DNA of 64,000 bases from assembly GCA_020635015.1 (NCBI GenBank), contig JACKAP010000006.1:76998-140997 (forward strand), in the 5' to 3' direction. Source of the DNA: Calditrichia bacterium. GTDB taxonomy: Bacteria > Calditrichota > Calditrichia > RBG-13-44-9 > J075. Positions 18,429-28,373 of the stretch are shown in pieces; the stretch's first letter is position 1, and each line of letters starts with the position of its first letter. The position numbers were made by a program, and so were the translations under genes. The notes beneath the pieces are model-generated. The model had not been told where the DNA came from, ran no database searches, and worked only from the letters and a program-made list of their open reading frames with translations.

Positions 18429-20753
18429 ATGGAAGCTATGCTAATAGGAAAGTTTGTCGAGAATTACAAGATCATCGGCGTGCTCGGAAAAGGGGGGATG
18501 AGCACGGTGTTTAAGGCGATCGATCAAACGCTCGACCGGGAGGTGGCGCTCAAGATCATGGAGTCGCAGCTTTCCCGGAGAAAGGATTTTGTTAAGCGGT
18601 TCCGCACGGAAGGGCGCTCTCAGGCCTGCCTGAAGCATCCCAATATCGTCAACATTTATGCCATGCGGGAGGCCGCAGACGGACTCTTCATTGTGATGGA
18701 GTATGTGGCCGGCGGTACGCTCAAGAAGCGCATCGCCCGCGATGGCCCTTTTGCCCCGCTGGAAGCGCTCAATATTCTCAAACAATTGCTGCTGGCGATC
18801 AAGCACGCCCACTCCCGCGGCATCATCCACCGCGATATCAAACCGGCCAACATTTTACTGGACAACAGCGATGTGGTGAAAGTCACCGACTTTGGCCTGG
18901 CCAAAATGCAGCGGGATTTCGGGGTCACCAGCACCGATATTGCCGTCGGCACCCTGGGGTATTCGCCCCCGGAACAGTTGAAGAGCCTCAAGAACACCGA
19001 CCAGCGCAGCGACCTGTATTCGATCGGGATGACGTTCTATGAGATCATTGCCGGTAAGCTGCCCTTTAACGACAACGATTCCAACTTGTCGGTGCAGTTG
19101 GCTATCCTGGAGGGCAAGCTGCCTTCCCCGGATCTGCTCAATCCGGAGATCCCAGCGGAATTTGTGAACCTGATCCGCAAGGCGACCCGGAAAGATCCGG
19201 CCGACCGCTATCAGTCGGCTGCGGAAATGCTTCAGGATGTGCTGGCGCTGGAGCAGCGTTATATCCAGGCCATGCGTAAACGCGACCAGCGGGGCGCTTT
19301 TCGCCGTCTGCCGGCCGGGGCGGCATCGACTGCCGGCAGCACCCGGCCGGGCGGAGCGCTGCCGGAGGAGCGTCCCGCCCCGGCGGCCCCCCCGCAGCGC
19401 CGTCTGCCGGATCGCGCTGCCCAACCGCTGCGCCGGGTGTTTCGTTCATTGCAAAAGCGTTTCGAGGTTAACCTGCGCGCCATGGGGATTTTGACGCTGG
19501 TAATCGTATCCTTGCTGGTGGTGGGGAGCGGGGGATCGATCTATACCCATGGCCAGCGCCCGGATGGAGCAGCAGGCCTCGCCTCACCGGTGATCCCGCT
19601 CTCGATCTTTTCCCGGCCGGAAGGTGCGTCGGTATACCTGAACGGATTTCAGATCGGCACCACGCCGTTGAAGGATTACCTGGTGAGAACCGGCGAGGCG
19701 GCCCTGAAGATCGTTAAAGACAATTATTTGGCGATCGATACCAGCATGGTCTTTTTCCCCGGGGATACGGCGGCATTTTCCCTGCGGCTCTCCTCCGGGG
19801 GCAGCGAGCTGCTTGCCCTGACCGGCAGCGGCAGGCGCTCCCGCCGGGCGGATACGCTGAATGTTCCGCAATACGGCCGCATCAAAGTGATCTCCAGCCC
19901 GCCCGGGGCTGCTATTACGCTCAACGGTACCCCGGTTACGGCGGCGCAAACCCCGCATATTTTCGAAAAAATGCCTCCCGGGAGATACCGGCTGGAGTTG
20001 GCTAAGAAGGGATACCATCCCGCCATCACTCATTTTGAGGTCGTGGCGCAGGAATCGCGGCCGCTGCGGGTCAGCCTGACACCGCAAGTGGGCAATCTGT
20101 ACATTACGTCCAATCCGCCCGGGGCCGATGTCTGGCTCAACGGAAAACGGCTGGCCGGGGTGCGCACGCCGGCGGAACTGCCGGAAATTCCGGTCGGACT
20201 GCAGCGCATCACCCTGCAGAAACCGGGCTTCGAGAAGTATACCGCCCGAGTGGAAGTGGCGCCCCGGAAAACTCGCCAGGTACGGGGGAACTTGCGGCCG
20301 GTACAAGCCCGCCTGAGCGTGGTGGTGCTGCCCTATGGGTCCACTTTCGTGGACGGTGAGTTGAAGAAACACAATACCAACATCCCTTACAATGACGTGC
20401 TGAGCGCCGGGCGATATGTCATTCAAACGGTGCATCCCAAACTGGGTACCTGGGAAAAGGAACTGGTGGTCGATCGATCGCTGCAGCATCAATATATTGT
20501 CGATTTCAACCGTCAATTTAGGCTGCCGGTGACGATCCAGGATGACCGGGGAAACCGTCTCTCCGGCGCCCGGATTTATGTGGATCAGCGGGAAGTTGCT
20601 CTGCATGCGGACGGCACCCTGGAACTGCGAACCGGCCAGCATCTTCTGGAAGTAAGGCGGGAGGGGTATGTACTGCGGGAAGGGCCGATGAAGCTCAATC
20701 TCGACGAGCATTCCGTCAGAACGCTTAATTTTGTTATGGAGCCGGCTCGTTAA
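18429..20753 (+). CDS. Hanks-type Ser/Thr protein kinase with Pro/Arg-rich linker, one TM helix and extracellular PEGA-domain repeats
   Basis: 'HRDIKPANILL', 'DFGLAK' and 'GTLGYSPPE' kinase motifs; TM 'ILTLVIVSLLVVG'; repeated 'PEGASVYLNG', 'PPGAAITLNG' and 'PPGADVWLNG'. ATG at 18429 follows AGGAGAAGGAG. Confidence 0.85.
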   Translation: MEAMLIGKFVENYKIIGVLGKGGMSTVFKAIDQTLDREVALKIMESQLSRRKDFVKRFRTEGRSQACLKHPNIVNIYAMREAADGLFIVMEYVAGGTLKKRIARDGPFAPLEALNILKQLLLAIKHAHSRGIIHRDIKPANILLDNSDVVKVTDFGLAKMQRDFGVTSTDIAVGTLGYSPPEQLKSLKNTDQRSDLYSIGMTFYEIIAGKLPFNDNDSNLSVQLAILEGKLPSPDLLNPEIPAEFVNLIRKATRKDPADRYQSAAEMLQDVLALEQRYIQAMRKRDQRGAFRRLPAGAASTAGSTRPGGALPEERPAPAAPPQRRLPDRAAQPLRRVFRSLQKRFEVNLRAMGILTLVIVSLLVVGSGGSIYTHGQRPDGAAGLASPVIPLSIFSRPEGASVYLNGFQIGTTPLKDYLVRTGEAALKIVKDNYLAIDTSMVFFPGDTAAFSLRLSSGGSELLALTGSGRRSRRADTLNVPQYGRIKVISSPPGAAITLNGTPVTAAQTPHIFEKMPPGRYRLELAKKGYHPAITHFEVVAQESRPLRVSLTPQVGNLYITSNPPGADVWLNGKRLAGVRTPAELPEIPVGLQRITLQKPGFEKYTARVEVAPRKTRQVRGNLRPVQARLSVVVLPYGSTFVDGELKKHNTNIPYNDVLSAGRYVIQTVHPKLGTWEKELVVDRSLQHQYIVDFNRQFRLPVTIQDDRGNRLSGARIYVDQREVALHADGTLELRTGQHLLEVRREGYVLREGPMKLNLDEHSVRTLNFVMEPAR

Positions 20754-20791
20754 TACACTGCGAGTCAAGTGTTTTTTACTCTCGAGCTGCC

Positions 20792-20855
20792 ATTGGTTGT
20801 TGGTTGTTGGTTAAGACAGGTCTTTGCCAAAAACCAATGCCCAACAACCAAAAGC
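20792..20855. repeat. Inverted heptamer arrays flanking the core TTAAGACAGGTCTTTGCCAA
   Basis: cattggttgttggttgttggTTAAGACAGGTCTTTGCCAAaaaccaatgcccaacaaccaaaagc. Confidence 0.8.
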
Positions 20856-20881
20856 TAATTTTAACGCTCATACTGACGCCG

Positions 20882-21583
20882 TCACTCATTGAGCAATTCG
20901 TGCAGCTCTTTATATTTCTGACGGCTCAGCGGCAGCTGCCGCCCGTCTTTCAAGGTCACCTGGTAAGTGCCTCCCCCGGTATGGCGGTAAGCGGCGATCG
21001 CCTCCAGGTCGACAAAATAGGAGCGGTGGATTCGTAGAAAGTTGGCCGGGAGGATCTGTCCCAGTCGGTCCATGGTCTTATCCAGGATCTCCCGGCGTCC
21101 GTTTTTCAGGTGTGCCTCCACGTATATCCCGGCGGCCTTGAGAAAAAAGATCTCCCGGACCGGCAGCAGGATGTTCTGATTCTCTTTGCGCACGGTCAGA
21201 TATCGGACGGCCTCTGCCGGAGGAGATTGGCGGTCGAAATAGCGCTGAAGGGCCTGGGAAAGCCGTTCTTCATCAAAGGGCTTGGGGACGAAATCCAGCA
21301 CCCCGAACCGGAATGCCTCAATCGCCTTATCGGTATTGGCGGATATGATGATGGTGTGAAAGGAACCCGACACCGCCAGCTTGAGCAGTTCATAGCCGTC
21401 TTCACCATTCAGATTCAGGTCCAGCAGGCAGAGGTCTACCGGCTGCCGGAACAAAAATGAGGCGGCATCCTCCAGGCTGTGCTGAATATCGATGGCGCGG
21501 ATTTTAGACCCCAGCAATTGCCGGCAGAGACGCTCGATGTATTTGGCGATCGGCCTTTCATCCTCAACGATCAGAATACGCAT
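20882..21583 (-). CDS. LytR/AlgR-family response regulator (REC + LytTR DNA-binding)
   Basis: 'MRILIVEDE...LCLLDLNL' receiver domain and a C-terminal LytTR domain ('LRIHRSYFVDL'). Confidence 0.85.
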   Translation of the reverse strand: MRILIVEDERPIAKYIERLCRQLLGSKIRAIDIQHSLEDAASFLFRQPVDLCLLDLNLNGEDGYELLKLAVSGSFHTIIISANTDKAIEAFRFGVLDFVPKPFDEERLSQALQRYFDRQSPPAEAVRYLTVRKENQNILLPVREIFFLKAAGIYVEAHLKNGRREILDKTMDRLGQILPANFLRIHRSYFVDLEAIAAYRHTGGGTYQVTLKDGRQLPLSRQKYKELHELLNE

Positions 21584-21611
21584 GCATCCCTCCCTTTAGC
21601 GCAGTGCCCGG

Positions 21612-23504
21612 TTAATGTTGGGCGATGATGATATTCACTTCCCAGCCATCGCTGCGCAGGCCATAATCCATCTGCCAACGGTGCGGATAACGCTCTTCCA
21701 GGCGGGCCTTGACATACTTCAATCCCATCCCTTCTTCGATCTGCTGCGCCGGCTGCCGGGAGAGCTTCTCCAACTGCGAACCGTCATTCCATAGCCGGTA
21801 GTGCACGGTGCCGTTGTTGCGCTCGCAACTGATCAAAAATTTCCCGTTTTCCCCGCTGCGGTAAGCGTGGGTCAGTCCGTTCTCGATCAGGGTATGGAAG
21901 ATCATCGGCGGTATCTTTTCCTCGCCGGGAAGATTTTGTGCTTCCAGGGCATACTGTACGTCCTGGCGGTAGCCCATCAGGGTCAGGTGGGTGCGGCAGA
22001 GCGCAACTTCGTCGCTTAGCGGGATCTCGGTTTGTGAGGAGATCTGGTTGATCATGCGGAATTCCTCCGCCAGCGATTGGATCAGTTTGATGGCGGTGGG
22101 AGGATCTTCCCGGATCCAGGAAATGATCGAGAGCAGGGTGTTCATCAAAAAATGAGGTTGGATGTGCTTTTTGAGCAATTCGGTCTCCAGCCGGGCGGAA
22201 CGCAGTTTGGCCACCTCATGCTGCTGGTTCTGCTGCTTGATCTGCCGGCTGATGGAAAGCATCACGCAAAAGATGAAAAAGACGATACCGGCGGTATAGA
22301 CGTACCAGACCACACCCCAGTAAAAGAACACCATCATTGCCAGCAGTCCAAGGATCCCGATCAGGGCAGTCAGGCTGCCGGGCACTTTTTTCCGGATGGC
22401 GTATAGCGCCATGCCGGATGCGTAGAGCAGCACCAGCACCGGATCCGACTGGTCGAATAACAGCAGCGGAACCACTGCCAGCACACTGACGATCAGCATG
22501 TGATAATACTTGCGGGGCATCTCGAAAATCAAGATAAAAAAGATCGCCAGCAGCACTCCGCTTAGCGGCGTGATGATATAAGAGAGCCAGACCAGGCTGT
22601 CGGCATAGCGGATATTGATATTCCAGAGCAGTTGATAGGCCAGGATGCCGATCCCCAGCACGCTGGCCAGGCAGTAGAGACTGAACATCAGGTAAGGCCG
22701 CTGCCGGCCGCCCCCCAGGAACAGGGCGAAGCTGAACAGGCAGGCAAAAAAGAATACCCCGATATTAAACAACTGGAGATACATAAACTCGTTCAGCTTG
22801 TCGCGGATATCGGAGAGATAACCCAGCGGTATCCGGAAATAACGGAAAGAGTCATGCACATGCAGGTTGGAGAGCCGGATGGCAATCGTATGGATACCGG
22901 GGGTGGTCCACTCCCGCCTGAGTTTGACCACCCGCAGCAGGTCGCCGGGAATCTCCGCCGCCTGCACCGCCGCCACGCCGCCGTTGCGGTGGATCAGCCG
23001 CCCATCCCAGTAAATTTCATAGGCGGAGACGATCCCGGAGAAATACATCGCCAGGATATCAAAATCGTTCTGTTCTCCTTCCAGCCGCACCCGGGTGCGG
23101 TACCAGCGGATTCCGTGATTGGTTTCCTTTTCTTTGCCGGGATGCAGCCGGCCCCAGGCCTGGTCGTCGAAATCGGACAGCGCCCAAAGCGGGTTGTCGC
23201 CAAAGCGGTATTTCCAGTCTCCCAGCCGTTCGAGCTGCCCGCTCCGGCTGAGATCGAAAACGTGCAGGGAATCGCTGCCGGTCTTTTGAGCGTGCAGCGG
23301 CAGGATGCAGAAGAGAGCGATGGCCAGAATCGTGATTTTTGAAGGAGGAAGGATAAAGGATAAAATGAGATTTGCCACAGAGACACAGAGGCTGAAAGAC
23401 ACAGCATCGTTGCCAACTCTGTGGTCTCTGTGCCTCTGTGGCATATATCCTATTCGCATTTTCCGCTTGACGCTGTTCTCCCATTCACCCATATACCGAT
23501 CCAC
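21612..23504 (-). CDS. Sensor histidine kinase, LytS/YehU-type (7TMR-DISM sensor + His_kinase internal region)
   Basis: Seven TM helices then 'HFLMNTLLSI' (PF06580-type H-box) and an ATPase domain. It sits 29 bp upstream of the LytTR regulator. The true start may be downstream of the listed one. Confidence 0.8.
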   Translation of the reverse strand: MDRYMGEWENSVKRKMRIGYMPQRHRDHRVGNDAVSFSLCVSVANLILSFILPPSKITILAIALFCILPLHAQKTGSDSLHVFDLSRSGQLERLGDWKYRFGDNPLWALSDFDDQAWGRLHPGKEKETNHGIRWYRTRVRLEGEQNDFDILAMYFSGIVSAYEIYWDGRLIHRNGGVAAVQAAEIPGDLLRVVKLRREWTTPGIHTIAIRLSNLHVHDSFRYFRIPLGYLSDIRDKLNEFMYLQLFNIGVFFFACLFSFALFLGGGRQRPYLMFSLYCLASVLGIGILAYQLLWNINIRYADSLVWLSYIITPLSGVLLAIFFILIFEMPRKYYHMLIVSVLAVVPLLLFDQSDPVLVLLYASGMALYAIRKKVPGSLTALIGILGLLAMMVFFYWGVVWYVYTAGIVFFIFCVMLSISRQIKQQNQQHEVAKLRSARLETELLKKHIQPHFLMNTLLSIISWIREDPPTAIKLIQSLAEEFRMINQISSQTEIPLSDEVALCRTHLTLMGYRQDVQYALEAQNLPGEEKIPPMIFHTLIENGLTHAYRSGENGKFLISCERNNGTVHYRLWNDGSQLEKLSRQPAQQIEEGMGLKYVKARLEERYPHRWQMDYGLRSDGWEVNIIIAQH

Positions 23505-23637
23505 GAATTTATAATCAAAACTAATAGATTATACTCCTTCCCCTTCCCATCCGCAATACCAAACATTTCATTTGCATTTCCGGCAGCAGCGGGTATATTT
23601 GTTGCCTGAGCATTTTCATCATATCGGTAGGAAACGA

Positions 23638-25440
23638 ATGAAGTTACATCTTTGGAAAATTTTATGGTTGGTGGGGTTATTGGTCGTTTGGAACAGCGCA
23701 TTAATCGGCGGAGGGGAGATGCAGATTGCTTACCAGGTTGCGTGGGCGCAGCCGAATTCGCATTATTTTGAGGTGACCGTCACGGTGACCAATCCCGGGG
23801 CGGGACCGACCGCGTTCCGCATTCCTGCCTGGCGGCCCGGGCGCTACCGGATCGAAAATTATACCCGAAATGTCATCCAATTTGCCGCCGCCGATGGCGC
23901 CGGTGCGACCTTGAATTTCCGCAAGCTGGATAAAGATACCTGGGAAGTGCCGCATGGCGCGATCGAGCGGATCGTTGTCACCTATCGCTACTACGCCAAT
24001 GTGCTCGATGCCGGGTCTTCTTATCTTGATGACCGGGAAGCCTATCTCAATCCGGTCACCATGCTGATGTACCTACCCGGCCGGGAGCATCTGCCGGTCT
24101 CGATCCGTTTCCCCAATCCCCAGGGCTGGCGGGTGGTCACTGCGCTGGACATCGACCCGGTAACCGGCGCCTATCCGGCGGCGGATTATCACGAGCTGGC
24201 TGACAGCCCGTTCCTGATCAGCCCGGATGTGGAAGTGCTGGAGTTCGAGTACCGGCATGCCCGTTTCGAGATTGCGCTTCAGAGCAAGGTCGATGCCGAT
24301 CTGCAAAAGCTGATCGGCGATATTCGTGAGATCGTGCGGGTGCAAAGCGAACTTTTCGGCGATATACCGTTCAAGCGTTACGTGTTCCTTTATCACCTGG
24401 TGCCTTTCCGCATCAGCCATGGGGTGGAGCATAAGAACTCTACCTCGATCGTGCGCGGGCCGGTGGATTTCAGCAGCCCGGAATTCTATTTTGGACTGCT
24501 TGGGTTTACCTCGCATGAGTTTTTCCATGTATGGAATGTGGAGCGCATCCGCCCGGCGGCGATTTATTACCCGGATTATTCCCGGGAGAACTATACCACC
24601 GGGATGTGGTTTTATGAGGGGGTAACCAGCTATTACGACATGTTGACGCTGTGCCGGGCGGGGTTGATTTCCCGTTACGCTTTCTATAATGATCTGCAGC
24701 GGGTCATCAACGGATTTGAGAAATCCCCCGGGCGCAAGCTCAACAGCCCGGCCATGACCAGTTGGGATAGCTGGGGGCGGGAGCAGGATCCGCCGCCCAA
24801 TACTGCGGTGTCGTTTTATCGAAGCGGGCAACTGCTCGGCCTGCTGTTGGACCTGGAGATCCGCGGTCGCACCGCCAATGCCCAATCGCTGGATGCGGTG
24901 ATGCGCTATCTCTACCGGAATTATGCTCAAAAAGACATCGGGGTGCCGGAAGATGGAATCCAGCAAGCGATCGAAGCGGTGGCCGGCAGCAGCTTCGAAG
25001 CTTTTTTCCGCGATTTTGTCTATGGCACCGAAGATATCGACTATAATGCCTTCCTGCAGCATGCCGGGCTGGAACTGGTCGAGGATGTGGATAGCGGGAC
25101 GCCGGCCGCTTACCTGGGCATCCGCCTCAGCGGTGACAGCCGGGAGAGCCTTATTACCAATGTGTTCCCGGCCTCGCCGGCTCTGGAGGCCGGGCTGGCG
25201 GTCGGTGATGTACTGCTGGCCCTCGACGGGCAGCGCGCTCACGCCGATAACCTCGACCGCCTGCTCCAACCCTATCATCCGGGAGATAAAATAACCCTGA
25301 CGGTGTTCCGGCGGGAGGAACTGCGCCGCTTTGAGGTACTGCTGGGCGGCGGGAAAAATACCGTGCTTAACCTATGGGAATCGCCGGAAGCATCCGATGC
25401 GCAAATACGATTGCGGGATGGCTGGCTGGGTGGCGAGTGA
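23638..25440 (+). CDS. M61 family glycyl aminopeptidase with C-terminal PDZ domain
   Basis: Zinc motif 'HEFFHVWNVERIRP' and a C-terminal PDZ-like 'GIRLSGD...LALDGQ'. Start is ATG 23638 (MKLHLWKILWLVGLLVV signal-like). Confidence 0.75.
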   Translation: MKLHLWKILWLVGLLVVWNSALIGGGEMQIAYQVAWAQPNSHYFEVTVTVTNPGAGPTAFRIPAWRPGRYRIENYTRNVIQFAAADGAGATLNFRKLDKDTWEVPHGAIERIVVTYRYYANVLDAGSSYLDDREAYLNPVTMLMYLPGREHLPVSIRFPNPQGWRVVTALDIDPVTGAYPAADYHELADSPFLISPDVEVLEFEYRHARFEIALQSKVDADLQKLIGDIREIVRVQSELFGDIPFKRYVFLYHLVPFRISHGVEHKNSTSIVRGPVDFSSPEFYFGLLGFTSHEFFHVWNVERIRPAAIYYPDYSRENYTTGMWFYEGVTSYYDMLTLCRAGLISRYAFYNDLQRVINGFEKSPGRKLNSPAMTSWDSWGREQDPPPNTAVSFYRSGQLLGLLLDLEIRGRTANAQSLDAVMRYLYRNYAQKDIGVPEDGIQQAIEAVAGSSFEAFFRDFVYGTEDIDYNAFLQHAGLELVEDVDSGTPAAYLGIRLSGDSRESLITNVFPASPALEAGLAVGDVLLALDGQRAHADNLDRLLQPYHPGDKITLTVFRREELRRFEVLLGGGKNTVLNLWESPEASDAQIRLRDGWLGGE

Positions 25441-25528
25441 ACGAGCGGTATTTTAGCCTATTACAACGGATTTAGGAAAATTACGCTGTGAATTAAGTTT
25501 TTAGCAGTTATAGATTTCTCACAAACTA

Positions 25529-25583
25529 CGTTCGAAATGACGACATTGTGTCATTCCGAGGCGCCAGCCGAGGAATCTGTAAT
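25529..25583. repeat. About 55-bp hairpin element copy 1 (GAAATGACGACATTGTGTCATTCCGAGGCGCCAGCCGAGGAATCTGTAATT)
   Basis: Near-identical to 57988-58045. Both lie upstream of a plus-strand gene. Confidence 0.8.
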
Positions 25584-25674
25584 TTTTAAAGACTTAATTC
25601 ACCGTGTAACAATTGCATGCCCCATGCGGGCAATTTTACAGCGGTTTCAGTCGCATATTCTGGCAGGAGATACC

Positions 25675-26550
25675 ATGCATCAAACATTGATTTTACTGGC
25701 AGCCGGGAGGGCTTCCCGGATGAAAAACGCCCCGGCCGGGGAAGGCGTCGCTCCCGAGGATGCGGCTCAGGCCAATTCGCTGCACAAAGGGCTGATTGGC
25801 GTGGGAGAGCAGGGACGCCCCCTGATGGATTACATACTGTATAATGCCTGGAAAGCCGGGCATCGGCGGGCGATTCTCGTGACCGGGGAGGACAACCGTC
25901 ATTTCCAGTCACGTTACGGGGCGCAGCGCCGGGGAAACCGCTTCCACGGTCTGGAAATATCATACGCCATCCAGGCGATCCCGCCCGGGCGGGAGAAGCC
26001 TTTCGGCACTGCCGATGCGCTCTGCCAGGCCCTGGAACAGTTCCCGGAACTTCAGCGGGAGGCCTTTTCCGTGTGTAATAGCGACAATCTCTATTCGGAA
26101 AAAGCGTTCCGCCTGCTGCGGGAGACTTCCAGTCTCCATGCCTGGATCAATTACGACCGGGATGCGCTGGAATTCACGCCGGAGCGGATTGCCGGCTTTG
26201 CGGTGGCGCAGACCGACCGCGCCGGTAAGCTATTGGCAATGATTGAAAAACCGGAGGTACAAGCCCTGGAACAGTATCGTGGTGAAGACGGGAAAATACG
26301 GGTGAGCATGAATCTGTTCAAATTCAGCGGGGACGTGTTTTATCCTTATTTGCGGGATTGCCCGGTGACCCCCGGGCGGAACGAAAAGGAATTGGTAAGT
26401 GCCATCGCCCATCTTGTCGAGGATAATCCCGGCAGCATGCGGGGCATTCCGCTGGGCGAGCATGTGCCGGATTTAACCGAAAAAAAAGATATCGCCCGGG
26501 TGCGGGCGTACCTGCAGCAGCATTACGCCCGCCTGGATTGGGAGGATTAG
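25675..26550 (+). CDS. Sugar-phosphate nucleotidyltransferase family protein
   Basis: 'LILLAAGRASRM' NTP-transferase loop; ATG 25675 after a GGAGAT RBS. Confidence 0.7.
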   Translation: MHQTLILLAAGRASRMKNAPAGEGVAPEDAAQANSLHKGLIGVGEQGRPLMDYILYNAWKAGHRRAILVTGEDNRHFQSRYGAQRRGNRFHGLEISYAIQAIPPGREKPFGTADALCQALEQFPELQREAFSVCNSDNLYSEKAFRLLRETSSLHAWINYDRDALEFTPERIAGFAVAQTDRAGKLLAMIEKPEVQALEQYRGEDGKIRVSMNLFKFSGDVFYPYLRDCPVTPGRNEKELVSAIAHLVEDNPGSMRGIPLGEHVPDLTEKKDIARVRAYLQQHYARLDWED

Positions 26551-27242
26551 AATTCGCCGAGCTGTTTCTCGGCAGCTTCCAGCCGGGTCAGGTAATCTTC
26601 GTAAATCTTCAGATTCGCGTCATTGCGCACCGGCCGGGTCTCCAGCCATTTCATCAATTGGGCTTCAGTATCTTTATACGCTTTGATCGCCTGGCGGTAG
26701 GCCTTTCCCTTTTCCGGGGAGAGCGTTTTAACCCGCTTGCTGATCTCTATTTCCCGGAAGCGCAGGAGATCTTTCAGTTGATCGATGAACATCGCCGGGG
26801 TGATTTCCTGAGCGGCGCCTAATTTCCCCAAAACGGTTTTGCCGTCGCTGTCGACGACCATATAGGTCGGAAAACCTTCCACGCCATACGCAACCCGCAG
26901 ATTCTCATTGCGCCCGACATATTTCGCCGGCACGATATTCGGGTTGCGGGGAAAGTCCAGGGTGACCAACACCATCTCCCGGCGGGCGAATTCCTGCCAT
27001 TGGGTCTGGGAGAAAACGCTGCGATCCATCAGTTTGCACCAGCCGCACCAATCAGAACCGGTAAAGTTCAGCAGCACGGGAAGCTGTTTCTCGCCGGCCA
27101 GTTTTAAGGCGGCATCATAGTCCATGGTCCACTCACCGACTTTGGCACCTTCTTTGGCAACCTGATTGGCCTGCAGCGTGCTTGCCAGTAATAAGAGCAC
27201 ATTCAAGATGATTAGCAGGGATGACACTTTCCGGATATGCAT
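26547..27242 (-). CDS. Secreted thioredoxin-fold protein (thiol:disulfide oxidoreductase-like)
   Basis: Signal peptide and a 'DWCGWCK' CxxC motif. Confidence 0.8.
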   Translation of the reverse strand: MHIRKVSSLLIILNVLLLLASTLQANQVAKEGAKVGEWTMDYDAALKLAGEKQLPVLLNFTGSDWCGWCKLMDRSVFSQTQWQEFARREMVLVTLDFPRNPNIVPAKYVGRNENLRVAYGVEGFPTYMVVDSDGKTVLGKLGAAQEITPAMFIDQLKDLLRFREIEISKRVKTLSPEKGKAYRQAIKAYKDTEAQLMKWLETRPVRNDANLKIYEDYLTRLEAAEKQLGEF

Positions 27243-27403
27243 GATGACCTTCCTTTTCTCAAACTTGTGGTTTGACCGATTATGGCGATCAGCTTAAAAA
27301 TTACGCCGGATCGGCGATTGAATCAATCGAAAAAACCCTTTTTCATCTATTGGATGAACGAGCGTGCGAAAAGTGACATCATGCTGGAAATTGGCGAGAC
27401 GGC

Positions 27404-27600
27404 ATAAAAAAAGCCCGCCGGACAGTTTGCCCGACGGGCCCCTCCTTTAAAAACCCGTTGTACGGTCCCTCTTCCGGCCAACGGCGTTTTCTAAAAATTG
27501 CCCGCCAGTGTCGCCACCTTTGGGCTTTCCCTCCTTAAGGGAACAAATCGCGAGGTAACTGGAGGATGTAAACCGTCCAGTTACCTCCTCCCTCGATGCA
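27404..27600 (-). ncRNA. Candidate structured small RNA or leader ending in a minus-strand intrinsic terminator
   Basis: Perfect 12-bp hairpin GAGGTAACTGGA/TCCAGTTACCTC (27554-27590), a CCGTTG...CAACGG hairpin, and GCCCGTCGGGCAAACTGTCCGGCGGGC followed by T7 on the minus strand (27404-27439). No coding ORF is present. Confidence 0.25.
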
Positions 27601-27767
27601 GGCAGGACCTGCAATACAATGTATTCGATAATTCCGCTTGGATAATATACCAGTTATGATTAGTATCTCCTGTCTTATCGCTAACCGTCTACTATATTGT
27701 TCTGTTGCAGCGGCTGAATATTGAATTTTTTTTGAAAAAAATAAAAATTTTGAACCAGCTTTAAAGG

Positions 27768-28316
27768 TTGCACATGACGCCGAGACAAAATCGATCCGAT
27801 CAGCCGGCAAATCCGGAGGTGGAAAAGCAAGTGGAGGCGCTGCTGGGTTTGAAGGAGCAGATAAGAGATGTGGTGAATTATCACATCTGGAATAAAGATA
27901 ACCGGGAAGATATCCTGCAAGAGATTATCGCGGCCGCTATCACCAGCATCCGCAACGGTAATTTTAATCCCGAGGCCGGGGTGAAATTTACGACCTATGT
28001 CTTTAAAATCGTTAGAAATAAGATCACCGACTATATCAAGTCTCAGACAAAAATCCGGGATAATGAGGTGCCCGGACTGGATATTGATCTATTCCCCGAC
28101 GATCCGGATACCCTATCTGAAGAGGATATGGAGGAATTGCGGGAAGCGCTAAGCGACATGTTGAAGCCATTAAAACCGAAATACCGCGAGATACTGAGGC
28201 TGCGATTTATTGAAGGGCTTTCGATCGAAGCAATCAGCAAAATTCTCGATTTACCGCCCCGGAGAGTCAGCGAACGCATTCATTATGCGATTCAAAAGAT
28301 CCGTAAAAAAAAGTAA
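27768..28316 (+). CDS. ECF-type RNA polymerase sigma-70 factor
   Basis: Region 2 'FTTYVFKIVRNKITDYI' and region 4 'REILRLRFIEGLSIEAISKIL'. Confidence 0.85.
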   Translation: MHMTPRQNRSDQPANPEVEKQVEALLGLKEQIRDVVNYHIWNKDNREDILQEIIAAAITSIRNGNFNPEAGVKFTTYVFKIVRNKITDYIKSQTKIRDNEVPGLDIDLFPDDPDTLSEEDMEELREALSDMLKPLKPKYREILRLRFIEGLSIEAISKILDLPPRRVSERIHYAIQKIRKKK

Positions 28317-28373
28317 AAAAAATCAATATAAGCCCTCATTTTTAGAATAATTATTCGGGAGGGAGTTAAATTT

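Noticed and set aside
20760-20787. Small inverted repeat GCGAGTCAAGTG-TTTTTT-ACTCTCGAGC after the kinase gene as a terminator
   Set aside because: Arm complementarity is weak (about 6 bp) and the T-run lies inside the loop. The adjacent heptamer-array element (20792-20855) is the more likely structured feature.
27404-27600. SRP RNA, tmRNA, RNase P RNA or tRNA
   Set aside because: None of the conserved motifs (GGAAGCAGC for SRP, the tRNA-like CCA/T-loop GTTCGAATC, or the RNase P GGAAAGTCCGG) are present. Only a generic structured-RNA candidate is reported.
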